Positions 12,536-21,689 of a stretch of DNA of 64,000 nucleotides are shown piece after piece. A program made the position numbers and the translations under genes. Numbering within the stretch: the stretch's first letter is position 1; every line of letters begins with the position of its first letter. The notes under the pieces were generated by a model that was not told the DNA's origin, did not search any database, and saw only the letters and a program-made list of their open reading frames with translations. Source of the stretch: an uncultured cyanobacterium (GTDB taxonomy: Bacteria; Cyanobacteriota; Cyanobacteriia; PCC-9006; JAAUQQ01); NCBI GenBank assembly GCA_963718615.1, contig OY970368.1, forward strand, positions 2,944,001-3,008,000. The letters run 5' to 3'.

Positions 12536-12889
12536 ATGGACCGTTCTTCTATCCATCGTTCTAGTCAACATAGTCGCAAAACAACGTTTTTTTGGGTGGG
12601 GATAGGGAGTGCCTTGGCGATCGCCGGTTTACTTTCCCCCTTCGCCAGCCCCAATCCAGATGGCCTTGACCGGGTAGCCCAGGACGAAGGCTTTGAGACC
12701 AAGGCCCTAGAGAATGCCCCTGCGACACAACTCCCCTTTGCCCAAGTTTTTGACGAATATTCCCTTAGGGGGGTGCCAGATCGCCTAGCTACCCCCTTGG
12801 CGGGATTAGTGGGCACGCTGACCACCTTTGGCCTAGCCTGGGGCACAGGTCGCCTGCTCGTGAAAAAGTCAAGTTCCCATTCTGAATAA
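12536..12889 (+). CDS. PDGLE-domain ECF Co/Ni transporter component (CbiN/NikN-like)
   Basis: 'SPFASPNPDGLD' motif flanked by two TM helices. Confidence 0.85.
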   Translation: MDRSSIHRSSQHSRKTTFFWVGIGSALAIAGLLSPFASPNPDGLDRVAQDEGFETKALENAPATQLPFAQVFDEYSLRGVPDRLATPLAGLVGTLTTFGLAWGTGRLLVKKSSSHSE

Positions 12890-12894
12890 TCCCT

Positions 12895-13683
12895 ATGCTC
12901 TTGCTCCATATCAGCGCGATGGCCTTGGCGGCTAACCCAGCGACGGCCACCCTGTGGCATCGGCTGATTCCCCAAACCCGTGTCCTTTGTGCGTTGCTTT
13001 TTGTTTTTGCAACTACATTGATTCCCAATGGGCAATGGTGGACTTGGGTTTGGTATGGCTTAGGGATTTTAATGGTGCTTGGGATCAGTCGAATAGACTG
13101 GCTGGTTCTGGGTAAAAGAGTCGCCCTTGAAGCAACTTTTGTCGGAACCATTCTTCTGGGAACCCTCTTTCGCAGTGGCGGTGAAACGCTCTGGCAATGG
13201 GGAATCTTCAAGATTACGACTGTGGGTTTAATAGTGTTAGGCAGCGTTAGCTTCAAGGCAATTTTGTGTTTGTTAATGCTCAATCTTTTAGTGTTGACCA
13301 CACCGTTGCCTGAGCTACTAGAGGCACTCACCGCCCTCAAGATGCCGCCACTTTTAGTCGCTATCTTAGCTTCAATGATGCGCTATATCAGTCTGCTCAC
13401 GGATGAATTTAATCGGATGCGACGGGCGGCAACGGCACGGAATCTCCTCAGTCAACGCCAACGACAGCGGCAGCTACTCGGCAATATGATGGGAGCTTTG
13501 TTTATTCGCACCTATGAACGGGGCGATCGCATCCATCAAGCCATGCTTGCCCGAGGCTATAAAGGCCCCAAAGCGCAATCATCTTCTATTCATTTGCCTC
13601 GACGCGATTGCTTCGCCCTCAGTGGCATCTTGATATTTTTATTCATGGGTTGGTGGCTGGGTAAAGGGGGCTTAACTCTATGA
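12895..13683 (+). CDS. cbiQ: ECF transporter T component CbiQ
   Basis: 'RYISLL', 'LFIRTYERGDRIHQAMLARGY'. Confidence 0.92.
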   Translation: MLLLHISAMALAANPATATLWHRLIPQTRVLCALLFVFATTLIPNGQWWTWVWYGLGILMVLGISRIDWLVLGKRVALEATFVGTILLGTLFRSGGETLWQWGIFKITTVGLIVLGSVSFKAILCLLMLNLLVLTTPLPELLEALTALKMPPLLVAILASMMRYISLLTDEFNRMRRAATARNLLSQRQRQRQLLGNMMGALFIRTYERGDRIHQAMLARGYKGPKAQSSSIHLPRRDCFALSGILIFLFMGWWLGKGGLTL

Positions 13684-13767
13684 AATGATCCAATGAAATC
13701 AGCCCAAGGCCATAGACATTAGCTAGATCGACGACGTTTTAATTTTCTGTTCCGTTTACAAGTTTCT

Positions 13768-14619
13768 ATGCACCACAATCCGATTTCGATTCAAAATCTC
13801 AGTCACACCTATCCCGACGGGATGCAGGCGCTTAGAAAAATTAATTTGGAAATTCGGGCGACGGAACGGGTCGCTTTAGTCGGTGCCAATGGTTCTGGAA
13901 AATCCACCTTGCTGCTCCATTTAAATGGCATTTTAATGCCCCAAAGCGGTTGCATTACCGTGGGTGAATACCCCATGGAAGCCCAATACTTGGAAGCAAT
14001 TCGCAATTTTGTTGGCCTAGTTTTTCAAAATCCCGATGATCAGTTATTTATGCCAACGGTGTGGGAAGATGTCACCTTCGGCCCCCTTAATCAAGGTGTT
14101 GAGAATGACATACTTCAGCACCGCTGTCGCCATTGCCTCCATGCCGTTGGGCTAGATCCTGAACATTATGGCCCGCGTCATCCTGGCAATCTTTCTGGCG
14201 GTGAAAAACGGCGCGTAACCATTGCTGGAGTGCTAGCGATGCAGCCTCAAATTTTGGTTTTGGATGAACCCTCAGCTCAACTGGATCCGCGATCGCGTCG
14301 GCAACTCATTGATCTTCTGCGAGGACTACCGCTCACGCAACTGATTGCAACCCACGACTTAGATTTGGCTTTGGAATTGTGCGATCGCACCATTGTCCTA
14401 GGACAGGGAAAAGTTTTGCGAGATGCTCCGACAGCGGAAGTATTGAGCGATCGCGTTTTTCTAGAACAGCATCACCTCGAACTCCCCCTCAGCTACAGTC
14501 GCCCCTACTGTCTTTTGGAAGATGCACCCTTGCGATTAGATCGAGGGCTAGAGTCACTCAGCTTGAGTTTGGACCCCGAGTCTCTGCGCACGGCTACACC
14601 CACAGCACGTCTGAATTGA
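13768..14619 (+). CDS. cbiO: ECF transporter ATPase CbiO
   Basis: GANGSGKST, FQNPDDQLF, LSGGEKRR and LDEP. Confidence 0.93.
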   Translation: MHHNPISIQNLSHTYPDGMQALRKINLEIRATERVALVGANGSGKSTLLLHLNGILMPQSGCITVGEYPMEAQYLEAIRNFVGLVFQNPDDQLFMPTVWEDVTFGPLNQGVENDILQHRCRHCLHAVGLDPEHYGPRHPGNLSGGEKRRVTIAGVLAMQPQILVLDEPSAQLDPRSRRQLIDLLRGLPLTQLIATHDLDLALELCDRTIVLGQGKVLRDAPTAEVLSDRVFLEQHHLELPLSYSRPYCLLEDAPLRLDRGLESLSLSLDPESLRTATPTARLN

Positions 14620-15850
14620 AGTTAAAGCTGGTTGAATCTGCCAAAATTGCAACGATATTACCATTGAGCAAAATCGCCGCATCAGTTGCATTTGATCCAA
14701 TCCCGCTGTAGGACTGGAATGACAACGTGTACTGGAAACCACTGCTTAATTGAACATAATCGGCAGATGAGTTCCAATCGGTGATGACCGCATAGGAATA
14801 ATCGAGATTTCCGGAAAGTGACTCTAGGTAATAGCTGCCATTTAACGAATCACCTAAAACAAAATAATCAGTTCCAGTTCCCCCCGTCAGATAATCGATT
14901 TCACCTCCAAAGCTAAAGTCATAGCCCACCAGGTAATCACTACCACTACCACCAGATAACGTATCATCGCCTAAGCCGCCATAGAGACTATCATTACCAG
15001 TCCCACCACTCAAGAAATCGTTGCCTCCAGCACCCCACAACCAATTGTCTGCACTATCACCCACAATATCGTCAGCCTGAGAAGTCCCAATAACATCAAC
15101 AAAATTAACCACTTGAAAAGATTGATCAGAAGTTTGGGGAATACCTTGAACGATAAGGCTTTCTTGAGCTAGATTCACCCGAATTGAAACAGGACTATTA
15201 AAGCTACTAGAGGCATCAATCAAATTAAATTGATTTGCTGCACCAATGATAACTTCAACATCTTGGACTTGATCCGTTCCCATGCCATTACCCTTATTAA
15301 TAACACCCTGGGCGCTGAGTGTAATCGATTGGGACATGTCACTGTAGTCCACTGTATCTTGACCCATTCCACCATTCATCAAATCATTGCCTAGGGAGGC
15401 AAAAAACAAATCATTGCCGCCTAGGCCAAACATTTGATTATCGCCGGCGTTTCCCATTAGGCCATTATCGAGACTATTACCATTGGCATTGAGATTTGCA
15501 TTACCCGAAAGAATAATGCCCTCTACATGGTCACCTAAGGTGTGGCTGACACTGGAAATAACAATATCAATCCCCCCATCACTATCGGTTTCAACCACCA
15601 TGTCTCCAGAATGATCGACATAGTAGAGGTCATTCCCATTGCCACCAACCATCACATCCTGGCCAGTACCACCCACTAGTTCATCATCGCCATCTCCTCC
15701 ACCCAAAACATCATCCCCATTTCCCCCTTCGAGTCGGTCATCTCCCAGACCTCCCGCCAACACATCATCGCCTCCCAGTCCTGCAAGGGTATCACTACCA
15801 TTTGTGCCGACCAAAATATTGTCAATGCTATCGCCGTTCAGAATCGCCAT
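14594..15850 (-). CDS. RTX-type calcium-binding secreted protein
   Basis: Many GGxGxDxL nonapeptide repeats. No Sec signal. ATG at 15850. Confidence 0.88.
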   Translation of the reverse strand: MAILNGDSIDNILVGTNGSDTLAGLGGDDVLAGGLGDDRLEGGNGDDVLGGGDGDDELVGGTGQDVMVGGNGNDLYYVDHSGDMVVETDSDGGIDIVISSVSHTLGDHVEGIILSGNANLNANGNSLDNGLMGNAGDNQMFGLGGNDLFFASLGNDLMNGGMGQDTVDYSDMSQSITLSAQGVINKGNGMGTDQVQDVEVIIGAANQFNLIDASSSFNSPVSIRVNLAQESLIVQGIPQTSDQSFQVVNFVDVIGTSQADDIVGDSADNWLWGAGGNDFLSGGTGNDSLYGGLGDDTLSGGSGSDYLVGYDFSFGGEIDYLTGGTGTDYFVLGDSLNGSYYLESLSGNLDYSYAVITDWNSSADYVQLSSGFQYTLSFQSYSGIGSNATDAAILLNGNIVAILADSTSFNFNSDVLWV

Positions 15851-15988
15851 AAACAGAGTCTCCCAGTCGTAAAGTTTGCGCGGCGAGAACAATCGGTTAG
15901 CCGCTCAACGACTATCGGTCAGACAGGAAATTTTTATTCACGCTCAAGCGCAAAGTCGAACTATTCTCTGTTTTTGACGATCTCCAAT

Positions 15989-16489
15989 TCACAAGGCCTT
16001 CTCATACCATTCCACGTCCCAGTAGCGACCAAACTTTCGCCCCACCTCACGATAAATGCCAACCGGTTGAAATCCGAATTTGCGATGCAGCGCGATCGAG
16101 GCCGGATTAGGTAGCGTAATCCCCGCATAGGCGCGGTGCACATCTTCAAGCTGAAGCGCAGCAAATAGACGCTCATACAACTTTGAGCCAATTCCTTGCC
16201 CTTGGGCCTCGGACGCTAAATAAATACTGACTTCTACCGAGGTTTGGTAGGCAGCTTTTGGGGCAAAGGGGCTACTAGTTGTGTAGCCTACAGCTTGTCC
16301 CTCCAGATCTGCAATCCACAGCTGATAGGGTCCTTTGCTAGCATAGTGGTTATACCAACTTCGGCGTCGTGCTTCTAGGGAGTAAGGCTCCAGATCAAAC
16401 GTAATTGGGGTTGTAGAAATATACGTATTATAAAGCTCAACCAAACTCGGCAAATCCGAGGTTTGGGGCAGACGGATCGTTACAGCCAT
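15989..16489 (-). CDS. GNAT N-acetyltransferase (phosphinothricin/methionine-sulfoximine acetyltransferase-like)
   Basis: 'QGQGIGSKL', 'PNPASIALH' and 'VGRKFGRYWD'. ATG at 16489 overlaps the crcB end. Confidence 0.9.
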   Translation of the reverse strand: MAVTIRLPQTSDLPSLVELYNTYISTTPITFDLEPYSLEARRRSWYNHYASKGPYQLWIADLEGQAVGYTTSSPFAPKAAYQTSVEVSIYLASEAQGQGIGSKLYERLFAALQLEDVHRAYAGITLPNPASIALHRKFGFQPVGIYREVGRKFGRYWDVEWYEKAL

Positions 16490-16872
16490 CGCGCCACCCC
16501 CGCTCCCATCTGCACCCCCATCTGCACCCCTAAAACTCCCAACGCGGCACTCCCCAGCCAATACATCAGCGAAAGCGGAGCCGTATTATGCTTAAACAAA
16601 TTGAGAGAGTCTAGACCATAGGTAGAAAACGTCGTGTAGGCTCCCAGGAATCCCGTCGTTACCAGCAGCTTCCATTCCGGCGAGACCTCGATCAGCCGTC
16701 CTGTAAACAGCGTGACACAAAATCCCATCATGAAACAACCACTGAGATTAATAAAGAACGTACCGAACGGAAATCCAGCCCCCAATAGCCGGAAGGCCAG
16801 CAGCGTCAAGTAATAGCGGCTCAAGGCACCTGCGATCGCCCCCAGGCTAATGGCAAGAGACGTGCGAATCAT
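16480..16872 (-). CDS. crcB: Fluoride efflux channel
   Basis: GAIAGALSRY, FPFGTFFIN and TTGFLGAYTTFST. Confidence 0.95.
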   Translation of the reverse strand: MIRTSLAISLGAIAGALSRYYLTLLAFRLLGAGFPFGTFFINLSGCFMMGFCVTLFTGRLIEVSPEWKLLVTTGFLGAYTTFSTYGLDSLNLFKHNTAPLSLMYWLGSAALGVLGVQMGVQMGAGVARWL

Positions 16873-16938
16873 AGGCCGTACTCATAGGCAACATCGATAA
16901 GCACAATCACAAAAAACTTGCCACTTTGTAAATAAACG

Positions 16939-16956
16939 GTTACATTCGTTTACATA
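16939..16956 (+). promoter_or_regulatory. HLR1 (RpaB-binding) direct repeat
   Basis: GTTACATT-CG-TTTACATA matches (G/T)TTACA(T/A)2-N2-(G/T)TTACA(T/A)2 and lies upstream of the psb34-like gene. Confidence 0.75.
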
Positions 16957-16982
16957 AAGACATATTAAGCGCGGAGTTCCCG

Positions 16983-17150
16983 ATGTACACCACTTACAAC
17001 GAAGACGGCATCATGAACAACTACGCAGTCGAGCCTAAGCTCTACTTTGCCGCCTATCCCTCTCCAGAGCAGCAACGCAACTATATGCAGCAAGGGGCGA
17101 TCGCCATGCTCGTAGTTCTCTCTACAATCCTGATTGCGTTTGCCGCCTAG
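16983..17150 (+). CDS. psb34: Psb34/Ssl1498-family PSII assembly small protein (not in ORF track)
   Basis: MYTTYNEDGIMNNYAVEPKLYFAAYPSPEQQRNYMQQGAIAMLVVLSTILIAFAA*, with a GGAG RBS. Confidence 0.85.
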   Translation: MYTTYNEDGIMNNYAVEPKLYFAAYPSPEQQRNYMQQGAIAMLVVLSTILIAFAA

Positions 17151-17246
17151 CTCACCCTAGAGCACCCTAACTCACCTGCAAGTTGGGAGCAATAACACGC
17201 TATGCTAAATCCGTCTTAGTCGATTGCTTAGATACTGCCAGCCGAT

Positions 17247-17702
17247 ATGACCAGGGCGGATTCAGAAAATCAAAATTCGCAGCCTTTAGGACAGAGCCCA
17301 GCCCTAGTTATTGATGCTTTGGGTTGGGTTCATGTACGGAATCGCCAACTCCTCTGTGTTCGCAGTCGGGGTAAGGACGCTTTTTACTTACCGGGTGGCA
17401 AACGCGAATCTGGCGAGTCTGACTGGCAGGCAATCGCCCGTGAGGTCCGTGAAGAACTTCAGGTGGAGCTAGATCTTCAAAGCTTTCAGCCCTTTGCAAC
17501 CTTTAACGCTCCAGCCCACGGCTACACAGCAACCACCCGTGTGATTTTGGCCTGTTATCAAGCTGAATTTCGCGGAGAGATCCAGCCTAGTGCCGAAATC
17601 GAAGAAATTGCCTGGTTTGGTTATGGCGATCGCTATCAATGCGCCCCCGCCACGGCCTTGGTTCTCGATCAATTGCATCAGCAGTCAAGCCTTTCCGATT
17701 AG
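17247..17702 (+). CDS. NUDIX hydrolase
   Basis: Nudix box GGKRESGESDWQAIAREVREELQV. Confidence 0.9.
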   Translation: MTRADSENQNSQPLGQSPALVIDALGWVHVRNRQLLCVRSRGKDAFYLPGGKRESGESDWQAIAREVREELQVELDLQSFQPFATFNAPAHGYTATTRVILACYQAEFRGEIQPSAEIEEIAWFGYGDRYQCAPATALVLDQLHQQSSLSD

Positions 17703-17718
17703 AACTACCCGATTAGAA

Positions 17719-18360
17719 TTATTCATCGACCACCAACTGACCCCGATAACCAGTCACAATTCGACTCCCATCCTTAAGAATGTGAATCTCCACCTGGTCG
17801 CTGGCCCAGGAGATGCTGTCTCGCAGCACGGGATTAAAAATATGTACGCTTTGATTGCTGGATGAAACAGGCGATTTAGGGTCATTAACCGCCAAATAGT
17901 CGACAAACGGACCATCCACCAAAATATCTAGCTGCTCCAGTAATGCTTGACTCCCGACAGGAGCCTGTCGCCCCATCAACTGTCCCAACAAAAATCCCGT
18001 AAAGGACATGATATTCAATCCCTTGGCTTTAACCCGGCGAGCCACTTCTGCGAGAGCCGGAGCTTGGGTAAAGGGCTCGCCGCCTGAGAACGTCACGCCT
18101 TGATTGCGAGGATTCGCCAAGATTCGTTCAACCACTTCGTCAATGGAAAGCAATTGGTTGATTTCAAAGGACCAAGAGGACGGATTGAAGCAACTCGGGC
18201 AGTGACGACCACAGCCTTGCACCCACAACACAGCCCGATACCCCGGACCATTGACTTCGGACTCGTCCACGTAGCCCATCAAATTGAGATAACCTTCTGG
18301 AATCTCAGGCCGTTGAGAGGATAGAACAGACTGGGTTGTGGGTTGCAAATTCATGATCAA
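17719..18360 (-). CDS. NrdG-like radical SAM 4Fe-4S protein
   Basis: 'VNGPG...WVQGCGRHCPSCFNP', 'GVTFSGGEP' and 'DILVDGPF'. Confidence 0.88.
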   Translation of the reverse strand: MIMNLQPTTQSVLSSQRPEIPEGYLNLMGYVDESEVNGPGYRAVLWVQGCGRHCPSCFNPSSWSFEINQLLSIDEVVERILANPRNQGVTFSGGEPFTQAPALAEVARRVKAKGLNIMSFTGFLLGQLMGRQAPVGSQALLEQLDILVDGPFVDYLAVNDPKSPVSSSNQSVHIFNPVLRDSISWASDQVEIHILKDGSRIVTGYRGQLVVDE

Positions 18361-18367
18361 TCAATCC

Positions 18368-19225
18368 TCAGAGATTAGGGGGCATAATCACCCGTTGAGC
18401 AATGCCAAGACGCTGGAGAAGGGCGATCGCCCACCAGGTCACATCCACTTCCCACCATCGCCATCCAGCCTTCGCAACATTGGGGTAGGCATGATGATTA
18501 TTGTGCCATCCTTCCCCATAGGTCAGCAACGCTGCCCACCAAAGGTTGCGGGAATTATCCGTCGTTTCAAACCGGCGGTAGCCCCAAAGATGGGTGACAG
18601 AATTGATAAACCAAGTGCTATGCCAAAGCAACACGGCACGCACAAAAACGCCATAAATCACCCAGGACCAACCGCCTAGCACATACAGCAGGATCGCGAT
18701 CGGCAGTTGCAGAAACACATGATAACGATTGAGCCAACGGTAGTAGGGATCGCGGTCGAGATCCGTTGCAAACCGGCGATACCGTTCGTATTCAAAAAAG
18801 TCCGGCTGGGGATAAAAAATCCAGAGCATATGACTCCACCAAAATCCCCGTTTTGCGGAGTAAGGATCTTGGTCAATATCCTCCGTATGGGCATGGTGTA
18901 ATCGGTGCCCCGCCACCCAGAAAATAGGACCGCCCTGGAGTGCGGCTGTGCCAATGAGGGCGATCGCATATTCCACCGGCTTCGGAACCCGCAAACTGCG
19001 ATGGCTCAAGAGGCGATGGTAACCCAAACAAATACCAATACTCCCCAAAAGCCAATGGAGGAACAGAGCGACCCCCAGTGCTGACCAAGAAAAAAACCAA
19101 GGCGCTAACAGTGCTATCCCATGAACAATGGCAAAAAACAGCACTGACCATCGATCTAGATGTAATGCCTCTGTGGGTTTTGCAACCTCAGATGCTTCCA
19201 AACTCATCTTGTTCTCCTTCGCCAC
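18368..19225 (-). CDS. Delta-9 acyl-lipid desaturase (DesC/DesF-like)
   Basis: His boxes HRLLSH, HRLHH and HNNHH. Start at 19225 (GTG) or 19207 (ATG). Confidence 0.92.
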   Translation of the reverse strand: MAKENKMSLEASEVAKPTEALHLDRWSVLFFAIVHGIALLAPWFFSWSALGVALFLHWLLGSIGICLGYHRLLSHRSLRVPKPVEYAIALIGTAALQGGPIFWVAGHRLHHAHTEDIDQDPYSAKRGFWWSHMLWIFYPQPDFFEYERYRRFATDLDRDPYYRWLNRYHVFLQLPIAILLYVLGGWSWVIYGVFVRAVLLWHSTWFINSVTHLWGYRRFETTDNSRNLWWAALLTYGEGWHNNHHAYPNVAKAGWRWWEVDVTWWAIALLQRLGIAQRVIMPPNL

Positions 19226-19307
19226 CGATTCAACTCAATTTAATTCAATTCACAAATCAATTCACAAGCTAGATTCAAACCGAGACTTCTAGTGAGATTT
19301 TCAACGG

Positions 19308-20768
19308 TTAAACCGAGCGAGAAAATCCTTGACTAGCCTCTGGATTGAGATACGTATCAAAGACCGAAACAATATTACGAATCAGCAATCGACCCACTGG
19401 CGTAATCTCAATATGATTAGGCGAGAGACGAACCAATCCATCCACTTCAAGACGTTCTAGGGCTTTATGCTCTGGGGCAAAGTAATCATCAAAATCTCCA
19501 GAGAAACTAAGATGATATTTTTCCTCAATCGCCCCCTTGGATAACTGGAACTGACACATCAGCTCCATAATCACAGCTCGCCGAATCTGATCATCTCGAC
19601 TCAGACTTACGCCTCGTTCGATCGCCAACCCCTCGTCGTCAATGGCTTGATAAAAGTCTTTAATTCGCTTCTGATGTTGCACATAAACTTCGTTTAGCAT
19701 ACTAATTGAAGTCATGCCAAACCCTAGCAAATCTGATTCTGGCTTAATCGTATAGCCCTGAAAATTGCGGTGGAGTTGGCCTTGACGTTGGGCGATCGCC
19801 AATTCGTCATTCGGTTTAGCAAAATGGTCCATGCCAATAAACTCATAGCCATTGCTCGTGAGTTCTTCGATCGTCATGCGCAGAATTTCCAATTTTTCTG
19901 CACCGGACGGCATAGCCTCTACAGGCATTCGCTTCTGAATCGGTTTAATCCAAGGTACATAGGCAAAATTAAAGACGGCGATGCGATCCGGATCGAGAGC
20001 GATCGTCTTGCGAATAGTCTCTCGGAAGGTTTCTAGGGTTTGAAAGGGCAACCCATAAATCAGATCGACATTGACGCTTTCAAAATCAGCCTGACGCATC
20101 CAGTCCATACCGTTGAAGAGCAGCTCCTCGGGCTGAATCCGATTAATCGCCTCTTGAACGGTGGGATGAAAATCTTGAATCCCAAAGCTAATACGATTAA
20201 AGCCGAGGTCTCGGATACCCTGAACCAGAGTGGCATCCAAATAACGTGGATTGACCTCAATCGAGAGCTCCGCATCCGGGGCAATCTGAAAATTATCCTG
20301 AAGCGTTTGCCACAGGAGTTCCATCTGATTCAAGCTCAAATAGTTTGGGGTACCGCCACCCCAATGAAGTTGCTGAACCGAACGATCGACCTTTACTAAA
20401 TCTGCGGTGCGTTCGATATGGCGGATCAAATAATTAAGGTATGGATCCGCTAGGGATTTACGCTGAGTAATAACGGTATTACAACCACAAAAGTAGCAGG
20501 GCGTTTCGCAAAAAGGAATGTGGCAATAGAGCGAAAGTGGACGATCTTGATAGTTTCCCAGAGCGATCGCAGCTCGAAAATTTCGTTCATCAAATTCAGG
20601 TGTGAGCTGCGTTGCTGGAGGGTAGCTGGTATATCGCGGCAGGGGGCGATCGTATTTTTTGATTAGGTCAGCATCAAACTGAACCGTGGCAGACTGAACC
20701 GCAGCAGACTGAACCGTAGCGGACAATGGAGTTGGGAGCGATGTTGTGGGCGACGTTGTTAAAGGCAT
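19308..20768 (-). CDS. hemN: Oxygen-independent coproporphyrinogen III oxidase
   Basis: PRYTSYP, HIPFCETPCYFCGC, GGGTP and HRNFQGY. Confidence 0.96.
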   Translation of the reverse strand: MPLTTSPTTSLPTPLSATVQSAAVQSATVQFDADLIKKYDRPLPRYTSYPPATQLTPEFDERNFRAAIALGNYQDRPLSLYCHIPFCETPCYFCGCNTVITQRKSLADPYLNYLIRHIERTADLVKVDRSVQQLHWGGGTPNYLSLNQMELLWQTLQDNFQIAPDAELSIEVNPRYLDATLVQGIRDLGFNRISFGIQDFHPTVQEAINRIQPEELLFNGMDWMRQADFESVNVDLIYGLPFQTLETFRETIRKTIALDPDRIAVFNFAYVPWIKPIQKRMPVEAMPSGAEKLEILRMTIEELTSNGYEFIGMDHFAKPNDELAIAQRQGQLHRNFQGYTIKPESDLLGFGMTSISMLNEVYVQHQKRIKDFYQAIDDEGLAIERGVSLSRDDQIRRAVIMELMCQFQLSKGAIEEKYHLSFSGDFDDYFAPEHKALERLEVDGLVRLSPNHIEITPVGRLLIRNIVSVFDTYLNPEASQGFSRSV

Positions 20769-20815
20769 CTTCAATCAATTTTCAAGGATATTCAAAAATT
20801 AAAACTTGCTCAATA

Positions 20816-21571
20816 TCATTCCGCAGCAACCAGTTGAATGGAAGCCTCTCCATGACCCTGATGATGCTCTGTGCTCCCCGGTCGATCTTGACGAGTCACC
20901 AAATCAAACACATGTTCTCCGATAGCAGTACGCACATCCGCTTCCAGCTCATGCATCACATCGCGATTGAGCTGAAATGCAAGGTTGGCCTCATCAACGA
21001 TCGCCTGAGTGATTGCCTCATCAACCGGCAGCGCATTCAGCGCATCCCGATAGTGAAATTTAAAGGCACGGCGGGCTTCCGGAGTCTGCATTTGCTCAAA
21101 CTCATGTAGACGGGTTCCCTCCCCTTCGGGTAAATTGAGGGCAGAGCGCGCGATCGCCCGCAATCCCTGTCCTCCCGACAAATCCCCCATGTAGCGCACA
21201 TAGGCATGGGCCACTAACAATTCAGGCTGGTTAGCTGCGATTTCCTGGAGACGGGCGACATACCGCTGGCCAGCGGCAGAGGGGGCAATTAAGTTGGACC
21301 AGTCTGGACCATAGTAAAAGGCGAGATCAGCAGCTAAATTGTCGCGCCGCTCTAGCTGAGGAAAAATCATGGGACCCACAACCGGATTGGCTTGATGCGC
21401 CTGCAACGCTGCTTCAAGGGTGCTATAGACCCAGTACAGATCGGCCAAAAGCTTGCGCAGGGGCTCTCTTTCAACAATGCCCTTGAGAAAGCACTTCATA
21501 AAAGCAGTATTCTCTGCGGCGGTATGGGACTGCTGCGTACCTTCCCGCAGTCGTGTTGCTAACTCACCCAT
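20816..21571 (-). CDS. ho2: Heme oxygenase, probably the low-oxygen isoform Ho2
   Basis: 'LREGTQQSHTAAE' and 'AHAYVRYMGDLSGGQ'. Clustered with hemN and acsF. Confidence 0.9.
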   Translation of the reverse strand: MGELATRLREGTQQSHTAAENTAFMKCFLKGIVEREPLRKLLADLYWVYSTLEAALQAHQANPVVGPMIFPQLERRDNLAADLAFYYGPDWSNLIAPSAAGQRYVARLQEIAANQPELLVAHAYVRYMGDLSGGQGLRAIARSALNLPEGEGTRLHEFEQMQTPEARRAFKFHYRDALNALPVDEAITQAIVDEANLAFQLNRDVMHELEADVRTAIGEHVFDLVTRQDRPGSTEHHQGHGEASIQLVAAE

Positions 21572-21689
21572 GGCTAAACTCCGTTTTCCGTAAACTTCTA
21601 TGAACGTTCAATCACTATATAGCGATTAAAGGCTTTAATAGACACAGTTTTCATAACTTAACAGTCATAGAAATCCAGCGAGTCTTTAC

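Noticed and set aside
16928-16943. NtcA site near the psb34-like promoter
   Set aside because: Spacing is GTA-N10-TAC, not N8. The HLR1 repeat explains the region better.
16873-16982. Fluoride riboswitch upstream of crcB
   Set aside because: The GGCGATGG..TTCGCC / TGATG.C.CCT core was not found on the minus strand.
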